A stretch of 64,000 nucleotides of DNA from Waterburya sp. Lineage in GTDB: Bacteria; Cyanobacteriota; Cyanobacteriia; Cyanobacteriales; Xenococcaceae. The notes beneath the pieces were generated by a model. The model was not told where the DNA came from, searched no databases, and worked only from the letters and a program-made list of their open reading frames with translations. Positions within the stretch are counted from its first letter, which is position 1, and each line of letters begins with the position of its first letter. Positions 60,169-64,000 of this stretch are shown here, piece by piece. The stretch spans positions 4,256,001 through 4,320,000 of the forward strand of contig CBDCJV010000002.1 in the NCBI GenBank assembly GCA_965217895.1. Direction: 5' to 3'. Position numbers and translations under genes: made by a program.

Positions 60169-61317
60169 ATGTCTACCCAAAACCCGATTTTAGAAATTGA
60201 AAATCAATACGGTCAAAGTATCTGGATGGATAACCTTAGCCGTGACATTATTGAGTCTGGAGAATTAAAACAGTCTATTAGCGATAAAGGAATTAGAGGT
60301 ATTACTTCTAACCCCTCTATCTTTGAAAAAGCGATCGCTGGTAATAAAATCTATGACAGTGCAATTGAAGCTGGAATCAAAGCTAATAAATCAGTTCAGG
60401 AAATCTACGAAGATTTAATCTTTACTGATATTCGCAATGCCTGCGACATCTTTATGCCTGTATATGAAGAAAGTGGCGGCTTAGATGGCTACGTTAGCAT
60501 CGAAGTCCCCCCCAGTCTAGCCAAAAGTACCGATGACAGCACTATTGAAGAAGCTCGTCGCTACTACCAAGTTATTGATCGCCCTAATTTAATGATTAAG
60601 ATCCCAGGCACATCAGAGGGTTTGCCCGCAGTAGAACAGGCAATTTCTGAAGGGATGAGCATTAATGTAACTTTGCTATTTTCAGTGTCAAGCTATATTG
60701 ATACTGCCGAAGCTTATATCAAAGGGCTAGAAAAAAGAGCAGCAGCAGGAGAAGATATTAGTAAGATTTCCTCCGTTGCTAGTTTCTTCCTCAGTCGCAT
60801 TGATAGCAATATTGACGATCGCATCGATAGTAAATTAGAGTCAGCCAGTGATGATGCTAAAGCTAAGCTAGAGGCAATTAAAGGTAAAGTTGCGATCGCT
60901 AATGCCAAAATCGCCTACCAAAAATACAAAGAAATTTTTAGTGGCGAAAGATGGGAAGCATTAGCAGCTAAAGGGGCAAAGGTACAGCGTCTACTTTGGG
61001 CAAGCACCAGTACTAAAAATCCTGAATATAACGATGTAATGTATGTAGACGAGCTTGTGGGCAAAGATACCGTCAATACTTTACCTCCCAATACTATTGA
61101 TGCTTGTCTCGATCACTGTACTCCAGGCGATCGCATCGAAACTGACTTAGATGCTGCCCATAAAGTTATTGATGGCTTAAAAGATGATGCCGTTAATATT
61201 GAACTGGATGAAGTGATGGATGAATTACTAGAAGAAGGAATTGATAAATTTATCAAACCTTTTGAATCATTGATGTCATCTTTAGAAACTAAAGTTAAGC
61301 AGCTAGCAGCAGTGTAA
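60169..61317 (+). CDS. tal: Transaldolase
   Basis: GQSIWMDNLSR, GITSNPSIF, MIKIP, INVTLLFS, QRLLWAST. Confidence 0.96.
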   Translation: MSTQNPILEIENQYGQSIWMDNLSRDIIESGELKQSISDKGIRGITSNPSIFEKAIAGNKIYDSAIEAGIKANKSVQEIYEDLIFTDIRNACDIFMPVYEESGGLDGYVSIEVPPSLAKSTDDSTIEEARRYYQVIDRPNLMIKIPGTSEGLPAVEQAISEGMSINVTLLFSVSSYIDTAEAYIKGLEKRAAAGEDISKISSVASFFLSRIDSNIDDRIDSKLESASDDAKAKLEAIKGKVAIANAKIAYQKYKEIFSGERWEALAAKGAKVQRLLWASTSTKNPEYNDVMYVDELVGKDTVNTLPPNTIDACLDHCTPGDRIETDLDAAHKVIDGLKDDAVNIELDEVMDELLEEGIDKFIKPFESLMSSLETKVKQLAAV

Positions 61318-61476
61318 ATTAGGTAATAGGTAATAGGTAATAGGTTTTAATCAACTTGTTTTCTTTGCTTATTACTAACAAAAACATAATGACAAGGGAG
61401 AAAAGAACATTTTTTCCCTTGAACCTTTTCCCTATCAATACAAGTAACTTTTAAATAAAAGCCAGTAAATTTGAAT

Positions 61477-63006
61477 ATGGTTGCAATATTAGAAAATCCG
61501 TTACGAGTCGGTTTACAGCAGGAACGCACTGCCGATCCTGCAATTATTGTAATTTTTGGAGCATCAGGAGATTTAACTCAACGCAAGCTAATTCCCGCAA
61601 TTTATCAAATTAGAAGAGAACGTCGTCTCCCTCCTGAAATGACTATTGTAGGAGTTGCTAGACGAGATTGGACTCACGAATTTTTTCGTCAGCACCTTAA
61701 AGATGGAATAGAAGAATTTGGTAATGGGGTGGGCAACGAAGAACTATGGAATGACTTTTCTCAGGGCATATTCTATTGTTCTGGGAATATGGACGAGGCG
61801 GAAAGCTACGAAAAATTAAAGAGTTTTCTGGCAGAATTAGACGGAAAGAGAGGAACCAGAGGCAATAGAATCTTTTACCTTTCGGTATCACCTAATTTCT
61901 TTAAGCCAGCTTTAAAACAGTTGGGTGCAGCGGGAATGCTGGACGATTCGGTCAAAAATCGGATTGTGATTGAAAAGCCCTTTGGAAAAGATCTCAGTTC
62001 TGCTCAATCTCTGAACCGTGCGGTACAGCGAGTCTGCAAAGAAGAACAGGTTTATCGCATCGATCACTATTTAGGTAAGGAAACCGTCCAAAATATTTTA
62101 GTCTTTCGTTTTGGGAACGCTATCTTTGAACCTTTGTGGAATCGGCAATTTGTAGATCATGTTCAGATTACCGTTGCTGAAACCGTTGGCGTAGAAGAGC
62201 GTGCAGGTTATTACGAGACTTCTGGTGCATTACGAGATATGCTGCAAAATCATCTAATGCAGCTATTTGCAATTACAGCGATGGAACCTCCCAACTCTCT
62301 AGATGCCGATAGTATTCGTAATGAAAAAACTAAAGTGCTTCAGGCTACTCATATTTCTGATGCTGCCAATTTAGACCAGTCGGCAGTAAGGGCGCAATAT
62401 TCCGAAGGTTGGATGAAAGGTCAGCCTGTTAAAGGTTATCGCCAAGAAGATGGCGTAAATCCAGAATCTATCACACCAACTTTTGTGGCGTTAAAGTTAG
62501 AGATAGATAACTGGCGATGGAAAGGAGTGCCGTTTTATCTGCGGACTGGCAAACGAATGCCCAAAAAAGTTAGTGAGATTTCCATTCATTTTCGGGAAGT
62601 ACCTTTACTAATCTTTCAATCTGCGGCCCAGCAAACTAGTCCAAACGTTCTGACAATGAGGATTCAACCGAATGAAGGTATATCCCTTAAGTTTGAAGCC
62701 AAAACTCCAGGGCCAGATCTACGTACTAGAACCGTAAATATGGACTTTAGCTATGGTTCATCCTTTGGGATGGCGACGGCTGATGCTTATCATCGTCTCT
62801 TGCTTGACTGTATGTTAGGGGATCAAACTTTGTTTACCCGCGCTGATGAAGTTGAAGCAGCCTGGAATATTGTCATGCCCTTGATCAACGCTTGGGAATC
62901 TCCTAGCGATCCGAGTTTAATGCCCCAGTACGAAGCAGGAACTTGGCAGCCCAAAGAAGCGGAAATGATGCTTAATAGCGATCGCCGAAGCTGGAGAAGA
63001 CTTTAA
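61477..63006 (+). CDS. zwf: Glucose-6-phosphate dehydrogenase
   Basis: [23 protein letters not shown] at 61477. Confidence 0.97.
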   Translation: MVAILENPLRVGLQQERTADPAIIVIFGASGDLTQRKLIPAIYQIRRERRLPPEMTIVGVARRDWTHEFFRQHLKDGIEEFGNGVGNEELWNDFSQGIFYCSGNMDEAESYEKLKSFLAELDGKRGTRGNRIFYLSVSPNFFKPALKQLGAAGMLDDSVKNRIVIEKPFGKDLSSAQSLNRAVQRVCKEEQVYRIDHYLGKETVQNILVFRFGNAIFEPLWNRQFVDHVQITVAETVGVEERAGYYETSGALRDMLQNHLMQLFAITAMEPPNSLDADSIRNEKTKVLQATHISDAANLDQSAVRAQYSEGWMKGQPVKGYRQEDGVNPESITPTFVALKLEIDNWRWKGVPFYLRTGKRMPKKVSEISIHFREVPLLIFQSAAQQTSPNVLTMRIQPNEGISLKFEAKTPGPDLRTRTVNMDFSYGSSFGMATADAYHRLLLDCMLGDQTLFTRADEVEAAWNIVMPLINAWESPSDPSLMPQYEAGTWQPKEAEMMLNSDRRSWRRL

Positions 63007-63080
63007 CAGTTAATAGTGAACTGTTAATAGTGAACTGTTAGATGTTAAATGATAATTGTTAAATGATAATTGTTAAATGA
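63005..63080 (+). repeat. Tandem 14-nt repeats
   Basis: (AACTGTTAATAGTG) about 2.5 copies, then (GTTAAATGATAATT) about 2.6 copies. Confidence 0.75.
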
Positions 63081-63083
63081 AAA

Positions 63084-64000
63084 ATGGTTTCACCAATAGT
63101 ATCGTTACAAGCACCAAAAGATGTATCCATCGATGAAATTGAAGCAGAATTGCGATCGCTCTGGCAAAGTCAAGGAGGCGACGAGGATGCAGCAGCCGTC
63201 ACTAGAGCAGCAACTTTTAGCCTCATAGTTTATGAGCCAGACGGTACACAACAACTGCTGGCATCTTTAGGATTTTACACCGGTCCGATTGACGGTATTG
63301 CAGGACCAAGAACCGAAGCTGCAATCAAAGCAGCCCAAAAAGCTTATGGTATGGAAGTTACTGGTAAAACGGACGAGGCATTAATCACCAAATTACAAAC
63401 TCAGTTTACTCAAGTCAAAGCAGAAGATAAGCTAACTCTAGAAAATAAAACCGCAGCAGTTAGCTATAGCCCAGATTCTCAAGGAGCAACCGCAGATGCG
63501 ATCGCTGCATCTAATCCCTGTCGCATTATTACCCTTTGCCCGATCTTGGGAGAAGATACAGGGGTAAAAGTTCAAGTATCGGCATACTGTCCCATTAGCA
63601 AGCAAAGTAAAAATACTCTAGTTTGCTGTGAATACATTACCCTGAGTGGTACAGCAGAAGCTTTAGAAAGAATCGGCGGAATTATTGCAGCGCTGGCGAT
63701 TGCCGACTTGCCCAAGTTTGTCTGGTGGAAAGCCACGCCAACTCCCGAACATCCTTTGTTTCAGCGTTTGGTGTCTGCTAGCGACACGGTAATTTTTGAT
63801 TCTAGTAGCTTTGTTCATCCCGAAGCTGACCTAATATCCTTAGCGAAATTACTTAAGCAAGATACTGCCCTAGCGGACATCAACTGGCGTAGACTAGCTC
63901 CTTGGCAAGAATTAAGTGCTGCTGCTTTCGATCCCCCAGAAAGGCGAAAGGCAATTTATGAAGTCGATCAAGTCACAATTGATTATGAGCGAGGCAATCA
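63084..64000 (+). CDS. opcA: G6PDH assembly protein OpcA, truncated by the window end
   Basis: MVSPIVSLQAPKDVSIDEIEAELRSLW...TRAATF...NPCRII; follows zwf. Confidence 0.92.
   Translation, partial: MVSPIVSLQAPKDVSIDEIEAELRSLWQSQGGDEDAAAVTRAATFSLIVYEPDGTQQLLASLGFYTGPIDGIAGPRTEAAIKAAQKAYGMEVTGKTDEALITKLQTQFTQVKAEDKLTLENKTAAVSYSPDSQGATADAIAASNPCRIITLCPILGEDTGVKVQVSAYCPISKQSKNTLVCCEYITLSGTAEALERIGGIIAALAIADLPKFVWWKATPTPEHPLFQRLVSASDTVIFDSSSFVHPEADLISLAKLLKQDTALADINWRRLAPWQELSAAAFDPPERRKAIYEVDQVTIDYERGN

Noticed and set aside
63005..63080. Tandem repeats as a CRISPR or iteron array
   Set aside because: Units are contiguous 14-mers with no unique spacers, consistent with STRR-type repeats.

Overview
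Cyanobacterial chromosomal DNA (frequent HIP1 octamer GCGATCGC, psbH/psbN, ldpA, plmA, fbp-tal-zwf-opcA, heptamer STRR repeats). Bases 1-14.3 kb are the right end of a defence island with a phosphorothioation (PT) locus: sspC-like 3' end, a nonsense-interrupted membrane gene, a PT-associated methyltransferase, sspD-like PAPS reductase, sspF/G/H-like restriction genes and a cysteine desulfurase. The island ends at a 3'-half copy of tRNA-Pro(GGG) (att site, 14406-14451). Just to the right, unannotated by the ORF track, is what looks like an orphan left end of a type V-K CRISPR-associated transposon (CAST). It has a TGT terminus 62 bp from the GTT PAM in the tRNA T-loop, three TnsB-type repeats, and a truncated repeat plus 17-nt spacer matching that tRNA at 16/17 nt. 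No cas12k, array or tns genes follow it in this window. The remainder is mostly core genome (paoABC-like oxidoreductase, pepN, smc, tyrS, gap2, murC/B, guaB-like, OPP operon), plus an MmeI-like type IIL RM gene, a MazEF-like TA pair, a Uma2 pseudogene and many MITE/SDR/REP/STRR repeats, some inside coding regions. All calls come from manual reading and motif recognition; no database searches were run.
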